A DNA stretch of 47,710 nucleotides from Nitrosopumilus sp. H13 (GTDB taxonomy: Archaea; Thermoproteota; Nitrososphaeria; Nitrososphaerales; Nitrosopumilaceae): the NCBI GenBank assembly GCA_003724285.1, contig RHFB01000044.1, forward strand, positions 1 to 47,710, in the 5' to 3' direction. The position numbers were made by a program, and so were the translations under genes. Shown in pieces: positions 18,222 to 27,447 of this stretch (position 1 is its first letter; every line of letters begins with the position of its first letter). The notes below the pieces were generated by a model. It saw only the letters and a program-made list of their open reading frames with translations, did not search any database and was not told the DNA's origin.

Positions 18222-20309
18222 TTAAATCTTGGCCCGCTGAAACTTGTCTAGATCCGGCTTTGTGGCGGTGTTCTGATACTGCCTGATTCTCTCTGCAATC
18301 AGCCGGTAGAGGGATCTAAAGCGGTCCTTTGTCTTGTCGGACAAAAATGCCGTCTCCTCCAGGGCGATCTTTTCGCAGATGTACCTTGTGATCTCCACGT
18401 TGTCAAATTTGCCCCAGTCGTCGTCGCTGTGATCCTGCCAGATCTTTCTGAGCTTGTTGAGCATGCCGGCCCCCTCTGCCGCATCCATGTCCTGTACGGT
18501 CAGGTTTGAATAGCCCTCCTGCCTCAGCTTTATCTCGTAGGTCTGATTTACCACGTGCATATAGTCATCCGGGACTATATAGTCCTCGATTGACTCGAGC
18601 TTTTTGCCCTCTTTTTCAAAGAATATCGTCTGCACGGGGGAGAACTCGTTTGAGACAAGCTGGGCCGATGTCTGTTTTGACTCGTCAGAGTTGTCCAGCA
18701 GTACGAACGTCTTGTAGCCGTGGTTCCTGTAGAATATGGCAAGGGGCAGGACGGAGTTCTTGTTGTATGCCGCGATTATGTTGAGCGGATTCATCGATAT
18801 GTTTGGATCCTGCAGAAACTTGTCAAAGGCGTTGAGATACATGGCGTCTGACATTGTCTCTACTATTATGACGGGCCTCGAGTTCGTGCCTATCTCCCTG
18901 TCTACTATCGAGTCCACCTGTCCTCTTGAGAGCCCGTACAGTATGGGGGTGAGCGTCTTGTCGTCTGCGTTCCAATAGTCGTAAAATATCCTGCTCAGGT
19001 GCCTTCTCTTGTCTAATTCCACTACGAGCAGGTTGCCAGGCGTATAGTCAAATATCATAAATGGCGAGTGGGTGGCATACAGCACCTGGTTTGAGCCGGC
19101 CAGATTCTTTAGCAGGTCAGATATTCCCATCTGCTGGGTGGGATGCAGGTTTCTTGCAGGCTCGTCAAGCAGCAAGATTGCCTCCTTTAGCTCGGCCCGC
19201 TGCGTCTCTGCGGCAAAGTTTACAATGAATGAGAACGTCCACTTGAAGCCTTCTGCTCGGCGGTTTAGCAGTCCTGTGTTTGTAACCGTGCCGTCATAAT
19301 GCACGTCAGATATCACGACGCTCATTATGTTCCCGGGATTGTACCTCAGATCCACATGTATCGGGTCGCCCTTCCACGCCGGGTTTAGCTTGCTTGTGAG
19401 CCTGTTGCTTGCGGCATTGAGCATCTTTATGCACTTTGAGGGGTTCTCCTTTACCTGCTCTAGCTCTTGCATGTCAAGCTCTGCTAGATAGAACAGGTTC
19501 CTTACAGTCTCTGCCTTGTCAAACTCCTCGACGTACTCGATTGATGCGTTCTTTTCTTCCCCTCTCTGGTACTCGTTTAGGTTGACGTTGCCGTAGATCT
19601 TCTTATAGTCTGAAAAGTATACGAATCTTGGGTGCAGATCCGACTCGATAAAGTTCTGCAGTGCGGTCCTTTCATTCTCGCCGCTTAGTAGGTTTGAGAA
19701 CTGGTTCTCTGGGTTTTCATAGATCTTTTCCCACTCTTCTACTACCTTTGGCTCCTGTATGGCAATCACATGGAACTGGTTGCTGAATTCGGCCATCCCT
19801 CCGTCAAAAGCTTCTTGGTTTTTGGGAGCGGGACCTTCAAAGAATGCCGTGTCCATCTGTATGCGGAGATGGTTTGGCAGCGTGTCAAGAAACAACGTGA
19901 TCTGCCTTGCAAAGTTCTCCCACGAGTTGAGCCCCGAGTCCTCTGCATCGCTGAGCTCAATATCGTCAAACTCGTACTGCACCTTTGGCCTCTTGTTAGT
20001 GCGGTATAGTCTCAGTTTTTTTACCTCTGGGAGCCCGGGAAACCTTTCCTTTAGGTGGGCTATCTCGTTCTGGTTTAGTTCAAACTCGCCTTCTGCAAGC
20101 CTTATCTCGTCTTTGAGCTCATCTGTCATCTCATCACACAGGTCAAGATCTGAGACTACCTGATCCTTGTTTAGGAGCGTGAGGGCCTCTAGTATGGTGG
20201 TCTTGCCGCTCTCGTTTCTTCCGACAAATGCGGCCAGATCGCCTACTGTGATCTCGCCGGAGTCGTGTATGCACCGGTACGCCCTGACTCTGAATTTTCG
20301 AAGTCGCAT
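18222..20309 (-). CDS. OLD-family-like ABC ATPase with C-terminal TOPRIM-like domain
   Basis: Walker A GRNESGKT, signature RAEGFKW, Walker B LLLDEP, H-loop ATHSP, TOPRIM-like IIVETMSD and LLDNSD. Confidence 0.85.
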   Translation of the reverse strand: MRLRKFRVRAYRCIHDSGEITVGDLAAFVGRNESGKTTILEALTLLNKDQVVSDLDLCDEMTDELKDEIRLAEGEFELNQNEIAHLKERFPGLPEVKKLRLYRTNKRPKVQYEFDDIELSDAEDSGLNSWENFARQITLFLDTLPNHLRIQMDTAFFEGPAPKNQEAFDGGMAEFSNQFHVIAIQEPKVVEEWEKIYENPENQFSNLLSGENERTALQNFIESDLHPRFVYFSDYKKIYGNVNLNEYQRGEEKNASIEYVEEFDKAETVRNLFYLAELDMQELEQVKENPSKCIKMLNAASNRLTSKLNPAWKGDPIHVDLRYNPGNIMSVVISDVHYDGTVTNTGLLNRRAEGFKWTFSFIVNFAAETQRAELKEAILLLDEPARNLHPTQQMGISDLLKNLAGSNQVLYATHSPFMIFDYTPGNLLVVELDKRRHLSRIFYDYWNADDKTLTPILYGLSRGQVDSIVDREIGTNSRPVIIVETMSDAMYLNAFDKFLQDPNISMNPLNIIAAYNKNSVLPLAIFYRNHGYKTFVLLDNSDESKQTSAQLVSNEFSPVQTIFFEKEGKKLESIEDYIVPDDYMHVVNQTYEIKLRQEGYSNLTVQDMDAAEGAGMLNKLRKIWQDHSDDDWGKFDNVEITRYICEKIALEETAFLSDKTKDRFRSLYRLIAERIRQYQNTATKPDLDKFQRAKI

Positions 20310-20380
20310 CTAGCGATAGTTGGTAATCAACGATTTAACTGATACGTCAAATTTTTTGATTCATCTTGTCAGATGCCGGC

Positions 20381-20601
20381 GATCCCGGGCATCTTGGCGG
20401 GGGATCCCGGGTCTTGTATGAACTTGATCCCGGAATAGTGAGGTTTCGGAAGCAGTCTGCGGCGGGTTCCGGGACTGCCGTGCGGACAGCATGCGGAAAC
20501 GCGTCCCAAAAACTATCCGGGATAGCGAGGGTTCAAACTGCAATCTATTTTCACCAGTCTGTTCCCGGGATCACGCGCCAGACAACACTGCTCCCGGGAT
20601 C
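20381..20601. repeat. Intergenic cluster of seven GATCCCGGGATC-like palindromic motifs
   Basis: Variants at 20381, 20403, 20426, 20467, 20513, 20561 and 20590. Confidence 0.65.
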
Positions 20602-20721
20602 ACAAAGTCTCAAGACTGCACGCGCCACAAAAACGACACTGTCTGCAAACCACATGCAAAAAACAGTGCCCGCCCAAAGATTTGGCAGAATCTATATAAC
20701 CTATTTTGATAGTCTCAAGGT

Positions 20722-23700
20722 GTGATCTCTTTCCCGGCAACAGCGCTCTCCATCGTAATCGCGCTGGCGGCAGCTGCGCTCCTCGCGCCCCTTGCCCATG
20801 CAGACGTCTTGGTGGACGGCTCTATTTATGGCAAGTCTGTAATAATCAAGCTTGCAAGCGAATCCGAGGATGTGCGCTATTTCAAGGTGTGGCTTGAAGA
20901 CGGCATCAAGTTTGACTCATTCAAGGCAGAAAGTGGCTGGACTGGAGAAAAAATACCTGACGGCTCTGTACTGTTTACCGCATCAGACGAGCTTGGTCCG
21001 GATAAAAAGGCAAGGTTCGGCCTTGTTGCAGACAAGTCCTTGGAAAAAATCAACTGGCAGGTAGATGGCGCCAACGACCGGATCGGCTCCGGCGTAATCA
21101 CGGTAGTAACAGATGTAGTGGCAGATGCAGAACCAGAACAAAAGCCCGAGCCGGTGTTCAGGATAATACCAGAGAGGCCAAACATCGGATCCACAATACG
21201 CGTGGTAGGCGAATCATTGCAACCGTCTGCCGACTTTGCATTTTACATAAGTAATGAACGGATCGGGGAGTTTGCGACAGGCGGGAACGGCTATTTTGCC
21301 GGAACCGCAAAGATTCCATCACACCTGAGTCCCGGAAGGACAGAGTTCCGGCTTGGAAACGGCGATGACGCGATGACGTTTAGCATAATACTGGATCATC
21401 CAAGGGGCGCAAGCCCGTCTGTGGCCGGACTCGTGCTAGAAAAAGTCCCGGATACGGTGCACAGGGCCGAATCAATCACGCTGCAGGGGAAGGGGGAGCC
21501 CAATACGCGGATAATCATCAAGGTTACGGGGCCTGACGGCATGCTTGAGAACTCGCTAATCTCGGAGACTGATGATGCGGGCATGTGGTCCGTAGATCCC
21601 ATCAGGATAGGCTTTGACTCTCCGTTTGGATCATACACTGCCACCGTCACAGACGGGCGCCATACCGCGACTGGAACCTGGAGCATCGAGTCTGACCGCG
21701 TAATGGACATATCCCCTGTCAAAAAGATCCTCAAACCCGGTGACGTGATACGGTTTGAGGGAACTGCCCTGCCAAACGAGCAGATACACCTTGCAATAGA
21801 AAACCCGGATGGAAACAAGGTCGGCACGGAGATCATCACCACAAACGACTCTGGCCGCGTAGAGTACGAGTATCCCACATCAAAGGACAGCAAGCTCGGC
21901 TCGTACACGCTGATCGCAATCCAGGGCGACCAGACAGAGTTTGCCCACACGTCGCTTGGAAAAAAACCCGCGTTTGACTTTAACCTAGAGCTTGACAAGA
22001 TCACATACATCCGCGGCGAGACGATCAAGATTGCAATCTCTGGCGACAAGTCAGACACACTGAATCTGGCAATTCTGAGCGAAAAGGGGGCGACACACAG
22101 AGTCGAGTATGACGCGCAGATACGGCTTGATTTAGAGGGTCGCAGCCTGCACCATGTGTATCTGAGTAGCAACTATACCGAGGGGACGTATACTGCCCGA
22201 CTCAGCAAGGGCAACGTCGGCGACGAGGAAAAGTTCGGAGTCGACCTGGACAGAAAGAGCACCGTACTGGTAATCGGTCCCGTAAAGGACGCATATGCGC
22301 GCGGCGAGACCATGCTGATCATAGGCACCACCGCACCTTCTGTCCGCATCAGAGATAACCCCGACCCCACCCATGTCTGCGATATCACTAGAAAGAACAT
22401 ACCGATTATAATACGGCTAGTGGATCCGGACGGGAAGATCATCAGGTCAAAGCCCACGTTCATAGACAACAACTGTAGCGTGATAGACATGTCCTTCAAG
22501 ATACCAGACGACGCGGTGCTCGGGACATGGAAGACAGTCTCCAACATAAAGACCGCGTCTGCATACGAGCGCACAGGCTCATTCGTGCCTCCAAACAATA
22601 TCACTAGCATCAACGCCGCTGCCAGGCAGTCATATGAGGGATGCGTCCCGGCAACTGACCTTGGCAAGCTGGTACTGCTTGCGTGCCGCAAGGACGTGGA
22701 CGGGCCTAATCCGACTCCCGTGCTCAAACTGGTCAGCAAGACGGGTGTAATCGTCTGGGAGCGCGAGACCGCGCTGGTAGATGACATATTTGAAATCTTG
22801 AACGAGAAGAGGGGCGTGATCCAGGGACTGGAGGCTGTCGCGCCGTCAAAAACACAGCTCACGTTTGATCACGACTGCGCGGATCCGATAAAGAGACAGC
22901 CTCGGAACTCTACGAGCCAGTCAAACCAGACAAAGATAGACCTGCTGGGGATAAAACACGTCTCGTGCTCGTACGGAGAGGTATACAATGCCCCGATGCC
23001 CCTGTGCACTGGCTCCCTCGGCATCGACCCCGTACCAAAGCACAACGCCAGCGCCCTGGACAGGTTCAGCCCGGACAGGCAGATCATACTGTTTACGTGC
23101 GGGGCGGGAACAGACAGTACGGACAGCGCGATCCGGACCATTACCATGATCGACAGCGAAAAGCCCCGCATATTCCTGGACGGACGCACCGTGGCCAACC
23201 ACTTTAGGAATGATAAATACATAGAGCCTGGATGGAGGTGCATTGACAATGCAGACAAGAACCCCATACTTCTAAACAACATCGGGCACCTCAACATTGG
23301 AAAGCTCGGCGAGCACAAGATAACCTACACCTGCACGGACGCGTCAGGCAACAAGGCAGTCAAGAGCAGGACCATAACCATAGTGGATCCGTGTGACCTT
23401 GACAGCTATGCAGACGCGCGCGGCAATATTCCTCGGAACATACTTGGATGCGGGGGAACGGGCATTACGCTGGTAGAGTCCTCTTTTGACGTGGTGGACA
23501 TACATGGCAAGAACCTGAAAATAATCACAAGTGACGGCGGAAAGGTGGACACGGGGGATCTAGTCAACGTGATTGTAACGGGATCAAAAAAGGGCACAGT
23601 AATCAGCATCACATATGAGGACGGCAGGCAGGTGCACAAGTACACGATACAGAACGCCGGCAACGAGGTCGTATACCACTGGCTGACAGACAGGCTCATA

Positions 23701-23778
23701 GAGCCTGGAACATACACGATATCTGCCACATACGAGGACCAAAAGGCAGAGGCAGAGCACCACATACAGCTGCGGTGA
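20722..23778 (+). CDS. Large secreted multi-Ig-domain surface protein, paralog of 15944-18142, with an inserted DUF5011/Big-like domain
   Basis: Signal peptide (...APLAHA|D). Colinear with the paralog (YGKSVII/YGKTVIV, FRIIPERPNIGS/FRIIPEKPNVGS, TDGR). DSEKPRIFLDG...YTCTDASGN...RTITIVD insert. Confidence 0.85.
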   Translation: MISFPATALSIVIALAAAALLAPLAHADVLVDGSIYGKSVIIKLASESEDVRYFKVWLEDGIKFDSFKAESGWTGEKIPDGSVLFTASDELGPDKKARFGLVADKSLEKINWQVDGANDRIGSGVITVVTDVVADAEPEQKPEPVFRIIPERPNIGSTIRVVGESLQPSADFAFYISNERIGEFATGGNGYFAGTAKIPSHLSPGRTEFRLGNGDDAMTFSIILDHPRGASPSVAGLVLEKVPDTVHRAESITLQGKGEPNTRIIIKVTGPDGMLENSLISETDDAGMWSVDPIRIGFDSPFGSYTATVTDGRHTATGTWSIESDRVMDISPVKKILKPGDVIRFEGTALPNEQIHLAIENPDGNKVGTEIITTNDSGRVEYEYPTSKDSKLGSYTLIAIQGDQTEFAHTSLGKKPAFDFNLELDKITYIRGETIKIAISGDKSDTLNLAILSEKGATHRVEYDAQIRLDLEGRSLHHVYLSSNYTEGTYTARLSKGNVGDEEKFGVDLDRKSTVLVIGPVKDAYARGETMLIIGTTAPSVRIRDNPDPTHVCDITRKNIPIIIRLVDPDGKIIRSKPTFIDNNCSVIDMSFKIPDDAVLGTWKTVSNIKTASAYERTGSFVPPNNITSINAAARQSYEGCVPATDLGKLVLLACRKDVDGPNPTPVLKLVSKTGVIVWERETALVDDIFEILNEKRGVIQGLEAVAPSKTQLTFDHDCADPIKRQPRNSTSQSNQTKIDLLGIKHVSCSYGEVYNAPMPLCTGSLGIDPVPKHNASALDRFSPDRQIILFTCGAGTDSTDSAIRTITMIDSEKPRIFLDGRTVANHFRNDKYIEPGWRCIDNADKNPILLNNIGHLNIGKLGEHKITYTCTDASGNKAVKSRTITIVDPCDLDSYADARGNIPRNILGCGGTGITLVESSFDVVDIHGKNLKIITSDGGKVDTGDLVNVIVTGSKKGTVISITYEDGRQVHKYTIQNAGNEVVYHWLTDRLIEPGTYTISATYEDQKAEAEHHIQLR

Positions 23779-23864
23779 TCCCGGGATGCGATCTGACGAG
23801 GCTGCCCATGCAATCCTGCCTGCTCCGTTAGAGATATAATGAAACGCATCGCTACCTGACTTGT

Positions 23865-24236
23865 ATGTCAGCAAACCAGATGCCCCCATGGCTGCAAGAG
23901 CAGCTCGTAAAGATGCAGCAGGTCCAGCAGAACCTCCAGGGGATTGTGGCTCAAAAGCAGCATCTGGAGATGGAAAAGGCAGAGACTGCAAAGGCTCTCG
24001 AAGAGCTGCAAAAGACGGCAGAAGGAGACGCGGTATTCAAGCATGCCGGCTCTGTGCTGGTAAAGTCCACAAAAAAGAAGCTTGTAGACGAGCTAGAGGA
24101 GAGGCAGGAGATGGCAAAGACGCGCGCGGCAGTGCTCGAAAAGCAGGAGACCCGCATAAAGGCAGATCTCAAAGAGCAAGAGGCAAAGATAACAGAGATG
24201 ATGAAGGGCGGCCAGAAAGAGAATCCGCGCAAATAA
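23865..24236 (+). CDS. pfdB: Prefoldin subunit beta
   Basis: MPPWLQEQL coiled coil, ALEEL and VFKHAGSVLVK hairpin. Confidence 0.93.
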   Translation: MSANQMPPWLQEQLVKMQQVQQNLQGIVAQKQHLEMEKAETAKALEELQKTAEGDAVFKHAGSVLVKSTKKKLVDELEERQEMAKTRAAVLEKQETRIKADLKEQEAKITEMMKGGQKENPRK

Positions 24237-24265
24237 GATATTAACAAACAGTTCCAGTCTATTTC

Positions 24266-24943
24266 ATGGGCATAAAGGATCTCAGGATCATAGTGGATGA
24301 GCGGGAAAAAAAGAGCGGCATTCCGGGACTGCTAGAGTCAGTCGGGGTGCGCCTAGAGATGAAGACACTCCCTGTGGGCGACTATATTGTGGCGCCAGAG
24401 ACCATAGTCGAGAGAAAGAGCATTCGGGATCTCGTCTCGTCCGTCTTTGATGGACGGCTCTTTGATCAGTGCTCCCGCCTCCGGGATCATTTTAAAAACC
24501 CGGTCGTACTAGTGGAGGGAAACATTGACGAGATAGAAGAGGTTGCAGAAAACCCGCTGATATTTTACGGCGCCATATCCACGGTGGTGCTAGAGTTCAA
24601 GATACCGGTGATCCCGACGCCGAGCGCGATGCATACTGCAAAGCTTCTAGTATCAATGTGCTCCAAAAAGAACCTGCACAAAGGCCCGTACCTAAAAAAG
24701 ATCAAAAAGTCTTCTGACTTGCAGCGGCAGCAGCTCTCCGTACTGTGCAGCCTTCCGGGAGTGGGCGAAAAGTTTGCAGTCCGCCTGCTGGAGCGGTTCG
24801 GGACGCCTGCGCACGCCCTTGCCGCCACGGCGGCAGACCTTGCAAAGGTGGAGGGGCTCGGAGCGGCGCGCGCCAAGAGGATAAAAAAGACGCTTGACTC
24901 TAAAAGCAAGCTTGCAAAAAAGTCAGACCAGACCACGCTTTGA
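24266..24943 (+). CDS. xpf: XPF/ERCC4 structure-specific endonuclease (short form with HhH2)
   Basis: VDERE, GDY, ERKSxxD, DGRL; HhH motifs LPGVG and VEGLG. Confidence 0.92.
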   Translation: MGIKDLRIIVDEREKKSGIPGLLESVGVRLEMKTLPVGDYIVAPETIVERKSIRDLVSSVFDGRLFDQCSRLRDHFKNPVVLVEGNIDEIEEVAENPLIFYGAISTVVLEFKIPVIPTPSAMHTAKLLVSMCSKKNLHKGPYLKKIKKSSDLQRQQLSVLCSLPGVGEKFAVRLLERFGTPAHALAATAADLAKVEGLGAARAKRIKKTLDSKSKLAKKSDQTTL

Positions 24944-25420
24944 GCTGTTACCCACGAGCCTTTTTTTGAGCAGTGTCCCGCACACGCGGCACTCTGTCCC
25001 GTTGCGCGTGGCCCTGCATCCGGGACAGTATCGAATCCACCTGCCCGCCTTTTGTATCCCCCTAGTCATGACTGGCGCCACGCTGATCCCAGAGCTCTCT
25101 GCCACGTTTGCCACCGCATAGTCGTCGCTTACCAGCTCGCCGCCAAGCTCCATGCAGAGTGCAATTACTGACATGTCCTGTCTTGAGAGCTGCTCATAGT
25201 CGCCTGTTCTCTTTGAGGCCGCGACTGCGGCAGCAGTCGACTCTGCTGCAGGCTCGGCAAGCACCAGCCTGCCCGTCTCTAGCAGCATGTCGAGCGCGCC
25301 GTGGTTCTTTTTTATGTGCCTTATCTCGTCGTACACCTGCAGGGTTGTATGGTACTTTGCCGTCGAGCTAAACGGAATCCCGGCATAAAATGCGCTAGCG
25401 TCAAGTATCTTAAAAGCCAA
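24923..25420 (-). CDS. nob1: Nob1-like PIN-domain endonuclease
   Basis: ILDASAF, LSRQD, SDDYAVANVA and C-terminal CPGC/CRVCG zinc ribbon. Confidence 0.88.
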   Translation of the reverse strand: MAFKILDASAFYAGIPFSSTAKYHTTLQVYDEIRHIKKNHGALDMLLETGRLVLAEPAAESTAAAVAASKRTGDYEQLSRQDMSVIALCMELGGELVSDDYAVANVAESSGISVAPVMTRGIQKAGRWIRYCPGCRATRNGTECRVCGTLLKKRLVGNSSKRGLV

Positions 25421-26225
25421 GCTTGCTCATCTGCCGGAGACCGCGCTTTTTGAGTCTCAAGAACACAGCCGGCGTCTTGTGCCTCTTTATCGTAATGGTC
25501 TCCCCGTACCCTGCAGACTTTACCACCTGGGCATCCATCACTATGCTGCAGTCATGCGAGCAGCTGATCTCTATCTTTTCATCCGGCACCACAATGGACT
25601 CGAGCCTGTACACGGGCGCAACGGGTGTGATTATCAGCACGTTGAGGCTCTCATGAAGTATCGGTCCGCCAAGGGAGAACGAGTGGCCAGTAGACCCGCT
25701 CGGAGTGGCCACTATGACCCCGTCCATCTTTTGCTTTACCGTGTCGTTTTGGAACTTTATCTCTATCTCAGAGGTCTTTGTCAGGTTTGTCCTGCTGATG
25801 TATATCTCGTTGAGCGCAGGCGGGAACTCTTTCCCACCGCATGACGCGACGACTCTTGTCCGCCTGTCTATGATGAATCTGCCCGCTGTGATCTGCGATA
25901 TGGCCCCGTCAAACTCGTCCATTGTTATCTCTGAGAGTATGCCCCTGTTTCCCCCCACGTTTACAGTCAGTATGGGCGTCTCGTTTTCTAGTCCGCGGAA
26001 CACGCGCAGCGTCGTGCCGTCGCCGCCAAGCGTCACTGCCAGATCAAGCCTTGCCTTTTTTAGATCCTCGAGAGCCTCTACCTGCAGGGCCCCTTTTACC
26101 TCGACTGGTGAGACCGTGTATACTGTGGACTTTTTTGCCAGTAGCTTTTTTACCACGTCTGATGCGGCTTTTTCCGACTCTGCAGATCCCACCTTGCTTA
26201 TCACCGCGACGCGCTGTAGCTTCAA
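25410..26225 (-). CDS. nadK: NAD(+)/NADH kinase
   Basis: GGDGT, LNE and DGVIVATPSGSTGHSFSLGGP. Probable start TTG 26225. Confidence 0.93.
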   Translation of the reverse strand: MKLQRVAVISKVGSAESEKAASDVVKKLLAKKSTVYTVSPVEVKGALQVEALEDLKKARLDLAVTLGGDGTTLRVFRGLENETPILTVNVGGNRGILSEITMDEFDGAISQITAGRFIIDRRTRVVASCGGKEFPPALNEIYISRTNLTKTSEIEIKFQNDTVKQKMDGVIVATPSGSTGHSFSLGGPILHESLNVLIITPVAPVYRLESIVVPDEKIEISCSHDCSIVMDAQVVKSAGYGETITIKRHKTPAVFLRLKKRGLRQMSKLGF

Positions 26226-26311
26226 TGCAGTTGTGCCGTCCTGTTTACTTAAAAATGGTATGACCAGACATCTGGAAAAAAGCATAAGTATGAACCTCTC
26301 TGACACACCAT

Positions 26312-27154
26312 GTGAGCTATGCGCATCCAGAGGTGCTAGTAGATACGGAGTGGGTCTCGCAGAACAGATCCGACGGGATCCGCCTAGTTGAGGTGGACTA
26401 TGATCCCGAAAACGGATACAAAAAGGGGCACATAGAGGGGGCCAGCCTCATATGGTGGAGCCGCGACATCAACGACCAGCTCACCAGGGACATAATCAAC
26501 AAGGGACAGTTTGAGGATCTCATGTCGAGGCATGGCATCAAGAATGATTCAAAGGTGATACTGTATGGCGACTTTAACAACTGGTTTGCCGCGTTTGCAT
26601 TCTGGGTCTTCAAGTATTACGGCCACGGCGACGTCCGAATAATGGACGGCGGCAGGAAAAAGTGGGAGCTTGAGGAGCGGACATACACTACAGATGAGCC
26701 AGATACTGTCAGTTCGTCATACAGTGCAGGGCCACCTGATGAGGGACTGCGGGCGTATCTGTCTGATGTGAGCCGGGCGCTCGGGCGCGAGGACACGGTA
26801 ATGGTGGACGTGAGATCCCCCGCAGAGTTCTCCGGGCGGGTTGCCGCCCCGCCAGAGTATCCGACAGAGCACGCGCAGCGCGCAGGACACATACCGGGAG
26901 CAAGCAACATACCGTGGGCGTCTGCCATTAACGACTCTGACGGGACGTTCAAAACAGCAGACGAGCTGCGCAAAAACTACGCCCCAAAGGGCATCACGCC
27001 GGACAAGGACGTGATATGTTACTGCAGAATCGGCGAGAGATCCTCCCACAGCTGGTTCGTATTAAAGTACCTGCTTGGCTACTCGCGCGTTAGAAACTAC
27101 GACGGGTCGTGGACAGAGTGGGGCAATATGATAGGAAATCCTGTGGAGAAATAA
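26312..27154 (+). CDS. Thiosulfate/mercaptopyruvate sulfurtransferase (tandem rhodanese)
   Basis: GHIEGA, DGGRKKW, DVRSPAEF, GHIPGA, active-site YCRIGERS and YDGSWTEW. Confidence 0.95.
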   Translation: MSYAHPEVLVDTEWVSQNRSDGIRLVEVDYDPENGYKKGHIEGASLIWWSRDINDQLTRDIINKGQFEDLMSRHGIKNDSKVILYGDFNNWFAAFAFWVFKYYGHGDVRIMDGGRKKWELEERTYTTDEPDTVSSSYSAGPPDEGLRAYLSDVSRALGREDTVMVDVRSPAEFSGRVAAPPEYPTEHAQRAGHIPGASNIPWASAINDSDGTFKTADELRKNYAPKGITPDKDVICYCRIGERSSHSWFVLKYLLGYSRVRNYDGSWTEWGNMIGNPVEK

Positions 27155-27447
27155 CTGGTGCCTGCGGGCATGATGTGAATCGTGCAGATCCGGGAGAAGA
27201 GGCAAAACAGGCGGCCGCCTTTTATGACGCGTGACGATGCCTTTTCTGATCGGGCGGGGCGCGTGACGGCAGGTGATCTGGCAGGCGATCACACGTCCCG
27301 GGATCGAGCCTGCGCGTAGCGGCAACCCTGAAGAGACCACGCCAGAAAAAAGCGCCGCAGTATTATGATGAAAACAGCATTTTTGGAGGATTCGTGGCAA
27401 ACGTTCTGTCGGCAACATTTTTAAACAAACCCCTGCTAGACAGTGTG

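Noticed and set aside
20381-20601. CRISPR array or replication origin
   Set aside because: The repeats are only 9-12 bp and irregularly spaced; there are no cas genes, no recognisable ORB boxes and no cdc6 in the window.
20366-20725. 119-aa ORF and overlapping ORFs in the repeat-rich spacer
   Set aside because: The recurring DPG/PGI residues simply translate the DNA palindrome, and there is no protein-like character.
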